Positions 44,938 through 55,800 of a stretch of 64,000 bases of DNA are shown piece by piece (the stretch's first letter is position 1; every line of letters begins with the position of its first letter). Below the pieces are notes generated by a model. It was given only the letters and a program-made list of their open reading frames with translations. It searched no databases and was not told where the DNA came from. Source of the stretch: Candidatus Eiseniibacteriota bacterium. GTDB lineage: Bacteria > Eisenbacteria > RBG-16-71-46 > CAVPCR01. The DNA lies in assembly GCA_963823555.1 (NCBI GenBank), contig CAWGMA010000001.1, forward strand, positions 128,001 through 192,000. Direction: 5' to 3'. Made by a program: the position numbers and the translations under genes.

Positions 44938-46316
44938 TTGCCATGCGCGCGCGACTTTCTCAGCTCGCGGCCGCCACTCGTGTCCTCGCCATCACGACGA
45001 TGTTCGCAGCCGCGGCCGGTGCCGCTGCCGCCGGTCCCCTCGGACCGGAGGCGCTGACGGCGGTCCCCGCCGGGTCCATCCAGGGTCCTCCGCTCAGGGT
45101 CAAGCTGTGGGTCGATCGCGGTGCCGAGGCGGTCTACTACCCGGGTGATCCGGTGTGGGTGACCTTCACGGTCAATCACGATGCCCATGTCTGCATCTAC
45201 AACATCGATACGGGGGGCAGCGTGCAGGTCCTCTTCCCGCCGCCCGGGGATCCGGGATTCGTCCGTGCCCACGAGGTCGTGGAACTGCCACGCATCGACA
45301 GCGATTTCGAGTACGTCGTCTCCGGACCGCCAGGCATCGAGACCATCGAGGCGATTGCCAGCCGGGCCCGTCTTGCGCCCTGGGATGAGGGCTGGGGTTG
45401 GGAGTGGGAGACCGAAGATTGGGACGAGCGCGACTGGGAGAACGGCCGGCACAGCGAGGACCCTGAATGCGATGACTGCGATCCTGAGCTCGAGGAGTGG
45501 GAGGAGGACTGGGATGACGGGGAAGGCTGGGGCGAGGGGGTCGGCGGGCGCAGTACTCGGCTCGATGCCCGCCCCATCGCGCCGCCGCGCCCGACGGGCA
45601 TCACGGTGTCCGGTGATCCGTTCGTGGCCATTCGTCGCGTGAACCGGCGGTTGCTTCCAGCTCCCTGCCCGGCGCGCGATTACGATACGGCGGTCCTGAC
45701 CTTCTACGTCGGGCGCCGGGTGCACTACCCCCGCTACGCCTGCAATGACTGCCATGGGCCCGTCCATGGGTTCGATCCCTACGGGGACCGGTGCTCGGTG
45801 TTCTCAGTGCGGGTGAACGTCGGCTGGGTGTACACGCCACACCACGTCGTCGTGCGCGATGTGCACGTCATCGAGCCGCGCTACGTCTACGTGCGGCATC
45901 CCGTGGTCCCGCCTCGCTACAAGCACCTGAAGCGAGCCTGGCCATCGCACGATCGCTACAAGCTGAAGAAGGAGTTCGCCGGCACCCCGACCTGGAAGGC
46001 CGTGCCGAAGCCGCCCACGACCAAGGGAATGCCGGCTACCTGGCCGGAAAAGGGGGGCTCCGAGCGGACCGGTCTCCTGTGGAAGGGGAAGGTGCGGGTC
46101 GAGCATCCGATCGAGAACGGGACCATGATCCGCGAATCAGGTGGCAAGTCGCCCCCCGCGGCGACCAAGAAGGTCAGGGGATCCGGTTCGACCAAGTCAT
46201 CCGGTGGAGACAAGGCGGCCGCCAAGTCGCAGAAGTCCGGTGCCAAGAAGAGAGCGGTCGACACGTCGGCGCAGCAGCAGAAGAAGACGGGCGGATATTC
46301 GGACAAGAAGCGCTGA
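44934..46316 (+). CDS. Secreted DUF4384 domain protein with CxxCH motif and Lys-rich tail
   Basis: Signal peptide; VKLWVDRG..YYPGD..IYNIDTGGSVQVLFP; CNDCH at 45741-45755; GTGA overlap with the lipoprotein gene. Confidence 0.75.
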   Translation: MIAMRARLSQLAAATRVLAITTMFAAAAGAAAAGPLGPEALTAVPAGSIQGPPLRVKLWVDRGAEAVYYPGDPVWVTFTVNHDAHVCIYNIDTGGSVQVLFPPPGDPGFVRAHEVVELPRIDSDFEYVVSGPPGIETIEAIASRARLAPWDEGWGWEWETEDWDERDWENGRHSEDPECDDCDPELEEWEEDWDDGEGWGEGVGGRSTRLDARPIAPPRPTGITVSGDPFVAIRRVNRRLLPAPCPARDYDTAVLTFYVGRRVHYPRYACNDCHGPVHGFDPYGDRCSVFSVRVNVGWVYTPHHVVVRDVHVIEPRYVYVRHPVVPPRYKHLKRAWPSHDRYKLKKEFAGTPTWKAVPKPPTTKGMPATWPEKGGSERTGLLWKGKVRVEHPIENGTMIRESGGKSPPAATKKVRGSGSTKSSGGDKAAAKSQKSGAKKRAVDTSAQQQKKTGGYSDKKR

Positions 46317-46359
46317 TGTCTCGCCTGAGCGAGAACGGGCCGCTCGTTCCCGGCGGCCC

Positions 46360-47322
46360 TCACCTGGCGCGCACGGCGTCCGGGGCGGCGGCGATGAGCG
46401 CCGCCCCGAACACTCCGGCGGCGTCGCCCAGGGCCGGGCGGAGAATCGGGGTCGTGAGCTCATCGGAAAAGAGATGCGCCGCCACGCATGCGGGTCCCTC
46501 GCGGTACAGGCGCTCGATCCGGGAGAGCCCACCCCCGACGACGACGCTGTCGGGATCGAGCATGTTCATGATCGCGGCGATCCCGCGGCCGAACCACTCC
46601 AGGTAGTCGTTGCAGGCCGCGGCAGCCGCCCGCTGGAGCGGGTGCCCGGCATCCTCCGCAATCGACCAGATCCCGATGGCGTCGAGCTCGTGCCCGCTCC
46701 GGGCGGCGAAGCGGCGGGCCATGCCCGGGCCGGAGAGGAAGGTCTCGAGACACCCGCGCCGCCCGCAGTAGCAGGGCGGTCCCTGGGGATCGAGGACGAC
46801 GTGACCCCACTCGCCCGCGATGCCCTGCGGCCCCTCATGGACGCGTCCATCGATCACGATCCCACCGCCCATGCCGGTGCCGAGGATGATCCCGGCCACG
46901 ACCGACGCCCCGCGTCCGGCGCCGAAGCGCGCCTCGGCCAGTGCGAAGCAGTTGGCGTCATTGGCCATTGCCAGGGGCCGTCCCAGCTCGCCCGCGACGT
47001 CCTCGTAGAGCGGCATGCCGTTGAGCACCGTCGAATTGCAGTTCTTCATGCAACCCGTCGCCCGCGAGCGTGCCCCTGGTGTCCCGAGGCCGATCGCGAG
47101 CACGTCGGCTCCCGGCAGGGCCGCCATGGCCTCGCGCGCCAGGGAGGCAACGAGCGTCACGGTGCCTCGGTAATCCCCGGCCGGAGTGGCGGCGCGTTTG
47201 CGGAAGATGGGCGAAGGCAGTTCGTCGCCAGCGAGGTCATGAGCTCGAACGACGACGACCTCGGTCTTGGTCCCGCCGAGATCGATGCCGACGTAGGCCC
47301 GTGTGCCTGGTTCGGATGTCAT
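46360..47322 (-). CDS. ROK family sugar kinase
   Basis: GIDLGGTK, ANDANCFALAE, GEWGH, CYCGRRGCLE. Confidence 0.92.
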   Translation of the reverse strand: MTSEPGTRAYVGIDLGGTKTEVVVVRAHDLAGDELPSPIFRKRAATPAGDYRGTVTLVASLAREAMAALPGADVLAIGLGTPGARSRATGCMKNCNSTVLNGMPLYEDVAGELGRPLAMANDANCFALAEARFGAGRGASVVAGIILGTGMGGGIVIDGRVHEGPQGIAGEWGHVVLDPQGPPCYCGRRGCLETFLSGPGMARRFAARSGHELDAIGIWSIAEDAGHPLQRAAAAACNDYLEWFGRGIAAIMNMLDPDSVVVGGGLSRIERLYREGPACVAAHLFSDELTTPILRPALGDAAGVFGAALIAAAPDAVRAR

Positions 47323-47332
47323 GCCGGTTCCG

Positions 47333-48163
47333 TCAGCGCGGCCCGAAGGCGATGGGGCCGATCGTCACCACCGAGAGCACGACTGCGCCGAGCGAGGCCA
47401 CGGCCAGGACGACGGCGAAGATCTGCGCGCCGGGACCTTCGGCTCCCTTGACCCCTCCGCCGAGCACCATCGCCGCGGCGTAGCCCCCCGCGAAACCGCC
47501 GCCGTGGGCGAAGTTGTTGATGCCGGGCATCATGAATCCGAAGAGGAACAGGATAACTGCCCAGGTCCAGACCTGGGCGGTCATGTGCGAGCGCCCGGCC
47601 CGCCGCCCGTGGACGATGAGGGCGGCCAGGAGGCCGAAGATCGCGCCCGAGGCGCCGATCGTCGGAGCGTTCCCCATGAGGTTCGACACCAGGAACCCCA
47701 CCGCGCCGGCGACGATGAAGATGATGAAGGCCCGGGCCGGGCCGTAGAGCTCCTCGACGGCGGGGCCCAGGTTCCGGATCCACATCACGTTGAAGAAGAT
47801 GTGGAGGAGACCGCCGTGCAGGAAGGTGGCGGAGAGGATGGTCCAGAAGTGTCCCTGAGCCCAGACGATCCCCCCCGTCATGCCGAGAGTATAGAGAGCG
47901 CGCGAACTCGGCGAGAGGAAGCTCATGATCCCACGTGACGCGAAGGCCCCGCGCAGATCGATGGCGAGCGAGAGGACATACAGCACGATGCACGCTGCAG
48001 CGATCAGGCTCGTCGGGTCGATGCCGCCAAGGAGGCGCGAGAGTCCCGGGCCGAAGCCCCAGAGCCCGGGCTGGATCCGGCCGCAGTAGGGGCAGCGCGG
48101 CTCCGAAATCGAGATCAGCTTGCGGCAGCCGGGGCAAATGATGGCTCCGGACGTCTGGCGCAT
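47333..48163 (-). CDS. Rhomboid family intramembrane protease with N-terminal zinc ribbon
   Basis: CPGC..CPYC; FLHGGLLHIFFN, GASGAIFG, AHGGG; AGGAGG RBS. Confidence 0.9.
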   Translation of the reverse strand: MRQTSGAIICPGCRKLISISEPRCPYCGRIQPGLWGFGPGLSRLLGGIDPTSLIAAACIVLYVLSLAIDLRGAFASRGIMSFLSPSSRALYTLGMTGGIVWAQGHFWTILSATFLHGGLLHIFFNVMWIRNLGPAVEELYGPARAFIIFIVAGAVGFLVSNLMGNAPTIGASGAIFGLLAALIVHGRRAGRSHMTAQVWTWAVILFLFGFMMPGINNFAHGGGFAGGYAAAMVLGGGVKGAEGPGAQIFAVVLAVASLGAVVLSVVTIGPIAFGPR

Positions 48164-48633
48164 GGTGGTGATCCTCCTGGATCCTCTCTTGACCCTCGAG
48201 TCCATCCCGCCGGGGGATGCCTGGAGGTCCGTCCCGCGGGCCGGGTGAATGGCGGCGTCTGGACGATTCCGGGGGAACCTGAGCCCACGCCGGCGGTTTA
48301 ATGGACAGCGGACTCCTGGCGTGGGGGTGAAGATCCCCGGTCGGGTCATCCGCAATCCGGCGCATCATAAGGCTTGGCGGCGCCTGAACGGTTGGAGGTT
48401 CTTAGGGGGATTGAGCCTCCCGCCGGGAAGGCGCCGCCAAGCCACTCCTCGATCCTCCGCGGGACAAGTCGATTGACCCGACGAGGGCTCTTCCCTAAGC
48501 TTCAACCTTCGACTTTGCAATTGATTGCGTGCCTCAGCATGGAGCCTGCTGCGACCAGTCGATCCTGGCGGCTCACGGTGCATGCCGCAAGTTGCCACTC
48601 GCTATCCATTCCAAGCCGAGCCCTATCGAGCCC

Positions 48634-51600
48634 ATGATTCGATCCCATTCGTCGCCTCGCCGGCTGTCCGCCTTCCTGGCGGCCGCGTCATTGCTCGTTC
48701 TTCTCCTGGTCCTGGGCCGGCCTGCCGAGCACTCGGCCCCGCCCCGGCACCCGGATCGAGAGGATGGACTCTCCGCCGAGACCGGCTTCTGTGCCGTGCC
48801 GCCGGTACCCATGAAGGCCGGCTTCCGGGCCGCGAGTCGATATGCTCCGGCGCGCTCCGAGCGTCCGCTGCGCCTGGCGGGGGAGCCGGCGGCCCGGAGC
48901 GCGGTGCCCGACACGCTCGAGGTCCTGGCCATCCGCACCGATTTCGAAGACCAGCCCATGGATTCGACCCTGGTCTATTTCGAGCGCGCCTTCCTGTTCA
49001 TGGAGCAGTACTGGGAACAGGTGAGCGTCGGCCAGCTGGTCGTCCACACGACCGTGAGCGATTCGGTCTACCGCTTGCCGGAGACCATGGCTTACTACGG
49101 CTACGATCCCCTGTTCGAGGAACGGCAGACACTCTTCATCCGTGATGCCATTCTCGCCGCGGACGATGACATCGACATGTCTGCCTTCGATGCGCACATC
49201 TGCGTCCATGCCGGTGCCGGGCAGGAGTCGGACGTGCTGGGCAACAGCCCCGAGCAGCTGTGGTCCGTGTTCGCGCCCTTCGAAGTGCTGTCGGCCTATC
49301 TGCCCGACTCGACAGGCGTCAACGGCATCCTCACCAATGATCGGACGCCGGAGGGGGATCCGTACTACGTCAAGTTCGCGCTGGTGCTGCCCGAGGTCGA
49401 GTCCCAGGACGAAACCCCATCGGGGCAGCCCTTCGTGTTCGGCATGACCGGGGTCTATGCCCACGAGTTCGGACACGTGGTGGGCCTGCCCGATCTCTAT
49501 GACACGACCCCGGCCGATTTTCCGGATTCGCAAGGTCTTGGGGCCTTCGACATCATGGCGGCCGGCACCTGGAACGCCAACGGTTTCGTGCCGGCACGGC
49601 CATCCGCGTGGTGTCTCTACGATCTCGGTTACCTCGATGCCGAAGTGGTGACGCGCTCGCAGCGGGTCGAGCTGGGGGCGGTGGCGGGCGACGCCGGCGC
49701 GCCGGCCGGTTTGCCTAGACTGGCGGCCATTCCCCTCGGCGGCGACGAGTATTTCCTGGTCGAGAACCGAGTGCAGGATCCGAACGAGAACGGGCTCTTC
49801 GACTGGAACGACGTCAACGGGGACTCGCTGTTCGATTACTACATCGATGACTACGAGGGTGCGGAGTTCGATTTCTTCCTGCCCGGGGACGGCGCGGGCT
49901 CGGGACTCCTCATCTTCCATGTCGATCCCTCGGTGATCGCGGCCAACTTCGTCGCCAACACGGTAGTGGGAGACCCCAAGCACAAGGGCGTCGATCTGGA
50001 AGAGGCCGACGGCATCGAGGACCTGGACGGCTACCCGCGCTCGATCGAGAGCTTCGGCAGCCCCAATGATGCCTTCCGCGCGGGCAACCGCGTTCGCTTC
50101 GCGCCCGATACCGTGCCTTCCACGGTATCGAGCTTCGGCGTACCGACCTTCGTCACCATCGACTCCGTGAGCGCTGCCGGTCCCGTGATGTCCTTCACGG
50201 TGGCCTTCGATCGGCGCAAGGGTGGAAGCTGGCCGGCCGTGATCACGGGGCCGTTGGGCGGGAACCATCCGGTGGCCGTCGATCTCGACCCCGAGATCGA
50301 AGGCCTCGAAACCGTGGTCGTCGACACCACCGGGGGTGTCTGGATCATCGCTGCGGACGGCACGATGCCTCACGGGGCTCCGTTTGCCCGGATCGGTCCC
50401 GACGCCGATACCACGCCCGCCATCGGTGACGTGGACGGCGACGGGGCGGCTGATCTCGTCGTGGTCGCCGCGGACGGCACCATCTACGCCTGGCATGGGG
50501 ACGGGACCGAAGTGGTGGACGGGGACATGGATCCGGCGACCACCGGGGTCTTTGCCCGCGTCGGCCGCTCGCTCAAGGACGCGGTCCCCGTGCTGGCCCG
50601 GCTCGGAGGGCCGGTCGATGCGGTGATCGCCGGTACGCCGGCCGATGCGGACGGGATGGGAGAAGTGGTGTGGGCCGAGCTTGTGGGCGACGACCCGGCG
50701 CATCCGGTGCGCCTGGGGCGGGCCGAGGTGCCTGGAGACGCCACCGCGCCGGCTCTCGTCTTCGCGACCACCGAACCCACGATTCTCGTGCCGGCGGTCG
50801 CCGCCGGCCGGACCCGGTTCTTCGCCGTCCGGCCCGATCCGCTCGGCGGCCCGGCGTCATCGACCGAGCTTCCGCGCGAGCGCGCCGAGCTCCAGTACGC
50901 GGTGCGCTCCGTGGTCGCCGGCGATCTGGACGGCAATGGCCGGCTCGATGTCGCGGCCTCCGATGACCACGGGCAAATCGAGCTCTACTCGACGGACGTC
51001 CCGCTCGCCGGGGGCGGCGAGCTCACCACGCTGTCCGCGCTTCCAGGCTGGCCGCTCCAGCTCGGCCTCGGGGTGGCGCACGATCTCGCGCTTGCCGATA
51101 TGGATCATGATGGCCGTGTCGAGGTGCTGGTCTCCGCCTTCGACGGTCGTCTCTATGCCGTCAATTTCAACGGTACGCCGCAGCTTTCGTTCCCGCACCC
51201 GACCGGAAGCCCGGATCGATCGATCCCCCGTCTGGTGCCCTCGCCGCTGGCGGTGGATCTCGAAGGGGACGAGCGCCCCGAGATCCTCTTCATGGCGGGC
51301 GACGGCCGCGCCTTCGCCGTCGGTGCCGACGGGCGCGTGCTCGATGGCTGGCCGCTGCCGGGACCGGCGGGCAAGGGGGCGCTCGCCATCCTCGCCGATC
51401 TCGAGGGTGACGGGCGCCTCGACTGGGTGGTGCCGAGCGAGATCGGGGCGTCGACCAGCCTCGTGGCCTATGATCTGGGTCCGGGCACCCTGGCCGGAGC
51501 CTGGACCGGATACCGGGGTGGCCCCACGAACAGCGGGATCCTGACTGTCCCGGCCCCGCCCTCGATGCCGCAGGAGTTCTTGCGTGAGTTCTATGTCTAT

Positions 51601-51858
51601 CCCAACCCTGTCGCCGGAGGTCGGGCCACGATCCACTTCTCGCTCGGAGATCCGGCCACCGTGGACGTGGAGATCCTGGATGCGACCGGCCGCGTCGTCG
51701 CGCGGCCGGCGGCCGGCGAGGCCTTGCCCGGCCGTACCGATCATGAGGTAAGATGGGACGTCCGCGATGCGGCCAGCGGCGTCTACCTCGCGCGCCTGAG
51801 CGTGAAGGGCGATGGCGCCGAGGTGGTGCAATTGAAGCCGTTTGCCGTCACCCGCTAG
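48634..51858 (+). CDS. M6 (immune inhibitor A-like) metalloprotease with FG-GAP/VCBS repeats and T9SS-like CTD
   Basis: HAGAGQE, HEFGHVVGLPDLYD, EYFLVENR, GDxDGDG repeats, YPNP...ASGVY; start approximate. Confidence 0.88.
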   Translation: MIRSHSSPRRLSAFLAAASLLVLLLVLGRPAEHSAPPRHPDREDGLSAETGFCAVPPVPMKAGFRAASRYAPARSERPLRLAGEPAARSAVPDTLEVLAIRTDFEDQPMDSTLVYFERAFLFMEQYWEQVSVGQLVVHTTVSDSVYRLPETMAYYGYDPLFEERQTLFIRDAILAADDDIDMSAFDAHICVHAGAGQESDVLGNSPEQLWSVFAPFEVLSAYLPDSTGVNGILTNDRTPEGDPYYVKFALVLPEVESQDETPSGQPFVFGMTGVYAHEFGHVVGLPDLYDTTPADFPDSQGLGAFDIMAAGTWNANGFVPARPSAWCLYDLGYLDAEVVTRSQRVELGAVAGDAGAPAGLPRLAAIPLGGDEYFLVENRVQDPNENGLFDWNDVNGDSLFDYYIDDYEGAEFDFFLPGDGAGSGLLIFHVDPSVIAANFVANTVVGDPKHKGVDLEEADGIEDLDGYPRSIESFGSPNDAFRAGNRVRFAPDTVPSTVSSFGVPTFVTIDSVSAAGPVMSFTVAFDRRKGGSWPAVITGPLGGNHPVAVDLDPEIEGLETVVVDTTGGVWIIAADGTMPHGAPFARIGPDADTTPAIGDVDGDGAADLVVVAADGTIYAWHGDGTEVVDGDMDPATTGVFARVGRSLKDAVPVLARLGGPVDAVIAGTPADADGMGEVVWAELVGDDPAHPVRLGRAEVPGDATAPALVFATTEPTILVPAVAAGRTRFFAVRPDPLGGPASSTELPRERAELQYAVRSVVAGDLDGNGRLDVAASDDHGQIELYSTDVPLAGGGELTTLSALPGWPLQLGLGVAHDLALADMDHDGRVEVLVSAFDGRLYAVNFNGTPQLSFPHPTGSPDRSIPRLVPSPLAVDLEGDERPEILFMAGDGRAFAVGADGRVLDGWPLPGPAGKGALAILADLEGDGRLDWVVPSEIGASTSLVAYDLGPGTLAGAWTGYRGGPTNSGILTVPAPPSMPQEFLREFYVYPNPVAGGRATIHFSLGDPATVDVEILDATGRVVARPAAGEALPGRTDHEVRWDVRDAASGVYLARLSVKGDGAEVVQLKPFAVTR

Positions 51859-51869
51859 GAGACCTGAGG

Positions 51870-52811
51870 ATGCTGACCACCTGCCACGCTCTCTGCCGCT
51901 CATCGGCCACGATCATCCTCGCCGCCGCACTCGTCGCGGCCGGCCTGGTCCCGGCGGCAACGGCTGCCGAGCGGCCGGGGATCGTCTCGCTCGAGCTCCC
52001 GATCGGCCCGCGCGCCGCCGGAATGGGCAGCGCCTACGTCTCGGTGGTGGACGATCCGACGGCCATGCACTGGAATCCGGCGGGGCTCTCGCGCCTCGAC
52101 GTGGCCGAGAAGCACTTCGCCATCCTCTTCCAGCACAACGAGTGGATCTCCGACTTCCGCCAGGAGTACGTGGGGGGCGGCACGCGTTTCGGCAAGCATG
52201 CGGTCGGCGGGAGCTTCTCCGGCTTCTACATCAACGACATCGATGGCCGCGACGAGTTCGGGCAGCCGACCGTCACCTTCGGCGCCTACGATGTGGTGGT
52301 CACCGGGTCCTATGCCTACGCGCTGACCGATCGCGCTTCGCTCGGGGGTTCGCTCAAGTACATCGTCGCCAACATCGACAACCTCTCCCGCTTCGCCTTT
52401 GCCGGCGATATCGGAGCCCAGTACGAGATCTACCCCGACCTGCACGTGGGCGGCGCCGTGACCAATCTGGGAAGCGGGCTCACGTTCGTCAGCGAACAGG
52501 ACGATCTGCCGACCGCGGTCCAGGTCGGCGGCTCCTATGTCTTGCCCTGGCGACTCGGCAACGGGTCGATCCTCACCGCACTCGATGTACGCAAGGCGCG
52601 CGGTGACGACACGCATGTCCTCTTCGGCGGTGAGTACGACTATGCCGGCGTGGCTCAGGCGCAGATCGGGTACGGCACGGGTTATGATAACGCGGGTGTG
52701 AGCTTCGGTCTCGGCGCCAACGTCTCCGGCTGGCGGGTCGGCTACGCCATCGTGCCCTTCGATTCGGACCTCGGCTCCACGCATCGCATCGCCCTCGGCT
52801 TCCACCTCTAG
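51870..52811 (+). CDS. PorV/PorQ family outer membrane beta-barrel
   Basis: PIGPRAAGMGSAY...DDPTAMHWNPAGL; ends DLGSTHRIALGFHL. Confidence 0.85.
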   Translation: MLTTCHALCRSSATIILAAALVAAGLVPAATAAERPGIVSLELPIGPRAAGMGSAYVSVVDDPTAMHWNPAGLSRLDVAEKHFAILFQHNEWISDFRQEYVGGGTRFGKHAVGGSFSGFYINDIDGRDEFGQPTVTFGAYDVVVTGSYAYALTDRASLGGSLKYIVANIDNLSRFAFAGDIGAQYEIYPDLHVGGAVTNLGSGLTFVSEQDDLPTAVQVGGSYVLPWRLGNGSILTALDVRKARGDDTHVLFGGEYDYAGVAQAQIGYGTGYDNAGVSFGLGANVSGWRVGYAIVPFDSDLGSTHRIALGFHL

Positions 52812-52821
52812 GAGCCCGAAG

Positions 52822-55800
52822 ATGGGCGGAGCCCCTGCGCGCCGCTCGCGGCCAGGCCGCGCCGGATGCGCGATAGGGCTTGTCGCTCTCCTCCTCGGCA
52901 GCGCCCTGGTCCCATCCGCGGCCCACGCCGGTCCAGGCGAGCTCCTGATCCGGCTCCGGCCGCCGGCTCGCCCCGAGGGTGCAGCCAAGGAGGGAGGCCG
53001 CCTCGTTCCCCTCCTCGAATCTTCACGTCTCATCGCCGAAATCAGCGCCGAGCTTCCGGATGCCGTCGCGGCCACGCTCGTCGGCGCGGAGCCTCTGCTC
53101 GCCGCCCGCCGGGTGCCAGAAGGGTTTTCGGCAGCGGCCGAGAACGCTCGTGAACCGCTGGCTCGCACCTTCGTCCTGCGCCTTGAGGCAGGGACGGATC
53201 CAGAACCAGTGGCCGCCGCGATCGCCGGTCTGGCGGCCATCGAGATCGCGATCCCCAACCGTGCGATCCCGGTGGATGATGCGCGCCAGGCAGCCGCGGA
53301 TTCCGACCCTCGCCGTAACGAGCAGTGGTACCTGGATCGCGTCGGGGTGGCGGAGGCATGGGCCGTGACCCGCGGCGATGCTTCGGTCCTGGTCGCGGTC
53401 ATCGATACCGGCATCGATCCGCATGGCGACCTTGCCGCCAACCTGTGGCGGAACGATGACGCGCCAGGCAATGCCAGTCCCCTCGACGATGGATTCGACC
53501 AGGATGGAAGCGGGATCGTCGAGGACTGGGAGAAGGATGACGACGACGACAACGGTTATGTCGATGACGAACGCGGCTATGATTTCGTCGATGCCCCGCG
53601 AATCGGCGGGCCCGGGGATGCGGTCGACCGGGATACCGATCCCAGCGACGATTCGGGCCATGGGACGGCCGTGGCCGGAGTCATCGGAGCGGTGGCGGAC
53701 AACGGCATCGGCATCGCCGGCCTCGCCCCCGGATGCACGCTGATGCCGGTGCGGGCCGGCTTCAACCCCGGCCTCGGCGCCTTTGCCGGGGTCCTCGAGG
53801 AGGACGACGCAGCGGCCGCCATCGTCTATGCCGCAGAGAACGGTGCCCGCGTCATCAACATGAGCTTCGGCGACACGCTCAGCTCGCCGATCCTCGCCGA
53901 CGCCATTGCCTACGCGCAGTCGCTGGGCGCCGTGCTCGTGGCCTCGGCCGGGAACTCCGGCACCATGGGTATGCACTATCCCTCCGGGCTCGCGGGAGTG
54001 CTCGCGGTCGGGGCCAGCGATTTCACCGAGCGGCGCGCGGCCTTCTCGAGCCATGGCGCCACCCTCGATCTCCTGGCGCCGGGAGAGGGAATCCTCACCA
54101 CCGCGCGAATCGGTGGCGGCGATGACTATGTGCGACTTTCCGGCACGTCATTTGCGGCGCCGCTCGCGGCCGCCGCCGCAGCCCTCTTGCTCTCTCATGC
54201 TCCCGAACTCACCGCCGAGGATGTCGTCGCCAGTCTCACCGGCAGCACGGCCGATCTGGGAGCCCCGGGCTTCGATCTCGACACCGGGCACGGGCGGCTC
54301 GATGCGGGGCGGGCGCTCACGCTATCGCGCTCGGCCTCGGTCGCCATTCACTCCCCGGCTGCCGGCAGCGGGATCGACCGCACCGTTCCGCTCGTCGTCA
54401 CCGCGGAGGGTCTCAGGCTCCGCGAGTTCGTGGTCGAGGTGGGGGAGGGGCGCGAGCCCGCGAGCTTCGAGGAGGTGGTCCGGGCGAGCGGCCGCCAGGT
54501 TGTGGCTGACACGGTCGCGATCTGGGATGCCACGGGGCTTCCGGCCGGCGAGTACCAGCTCAGGCTCCGTGCCCTCGATGCGGTCGAAGGCTGGCGTGAG
54601 ACGCGCGCGCTCGTGACCGTGGATCACACGGCGCCGTCCATCCTGCATGCGGGTGCGGTGCCGCTGTGGGTCGAGGATCGAGTCCAGCCTTTCATCTTCT
54701 TCACCACGGATGATCTGGCCCGCGGGGTCGTGGATCTCGTACGAGCGGGCGGGGCGGAGCGGCGGATCGACGAGGCCTTCTTCACGCAGGACCATGTCCT
54801 GCGCGTTCCCGAGGATGTGAGCCCGGGGGCGCTGACGGCCACCGTCGGGGCGGCGAACGCCGCCGGCCTCAGGAGCACCGGACCCGAGCTCGCGTTCTAT
54901 CTGGGAGCCGAGCGTGCGCGGACCCACGCTCTCACCGACACCGGGGCCCGACTCCCGCCGGGCGAGACGGCCCCGGCGATCGCCGATCTCGACGCCGATG
55001 GCGCCGGCGATCTCGTCATGATGCTGCCACCCGCCGACCCGGGCTCGATCTTCGGGCCGCTCGCGATCTTCGAGCAGGAAGAGGGTGCTGCCTGGGTCGA
55101 GCGCCTGGTGCTGCCCTACGATCTCCTGCCGCGCGCAGTCGGCGACGCGGATGGTGACGGCCGCATGGAGATCCTGGCCAGTGCGGCGGGCACCTCCTGG
55201 CTCCTCGAGAGCTCGCACCCCGGCGGCTATCCCGATCGGGTGGTGTGGGCGGATACGACCGCGAGCGCCGGGTTCGCCATCGGGTTCGCCGCGCTCGGCG
55301 ATCCGGCGGGGCCGGCGCTCCTCGCCATTCGCGGCGATTCCCTGCTCGTCCACCGACCGACGGGGGACTCCGGTTCCTGGCGGCGTACCGCAGTCGGCAA
55401 TTTCAGCGGTCAGCCATGGAGTCTTGCGCCGACGTTCTTCGCCGGAGACGTGGACGGGGATGGGGTGGTCGAGCTCGTCATCGGCGACGCCGGCGGCAAT
55501 GTGCTCGCCTATCGAGCAGGGGCCGACACGCCGAGCGGTCTCATTCCGGCCTACTCATTCGCCTTGCCCGCGCGGGCCAACCCGCGTCTGGCGGGGGGCG
55601 ATGTGACCGGTGACGGGCGCCCGGAGATCGCGGTCGATCAGGGGCTCGATCTCGAGATCTCCTCGGAGGCGCTGCTCGAGCGGCGGCGGCACCTGCTCCT
55701 GGTGCTGGCTGCCGAGCCGATCTCCGGCTTCACCGTCGTCGAATCGATCGGGATCGCCGGCGCCGAAGCCGGCGGCAATGCGCTGCGCATGGCCTCGATC

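Noticed and set aside
48505..48530. Possible sigma54 promoter before the M6 protease (TTTGCAATTGATTGCG)
   Set aside because: Lacks the invariant GG at -24 and the GG-N10-GC spacing.
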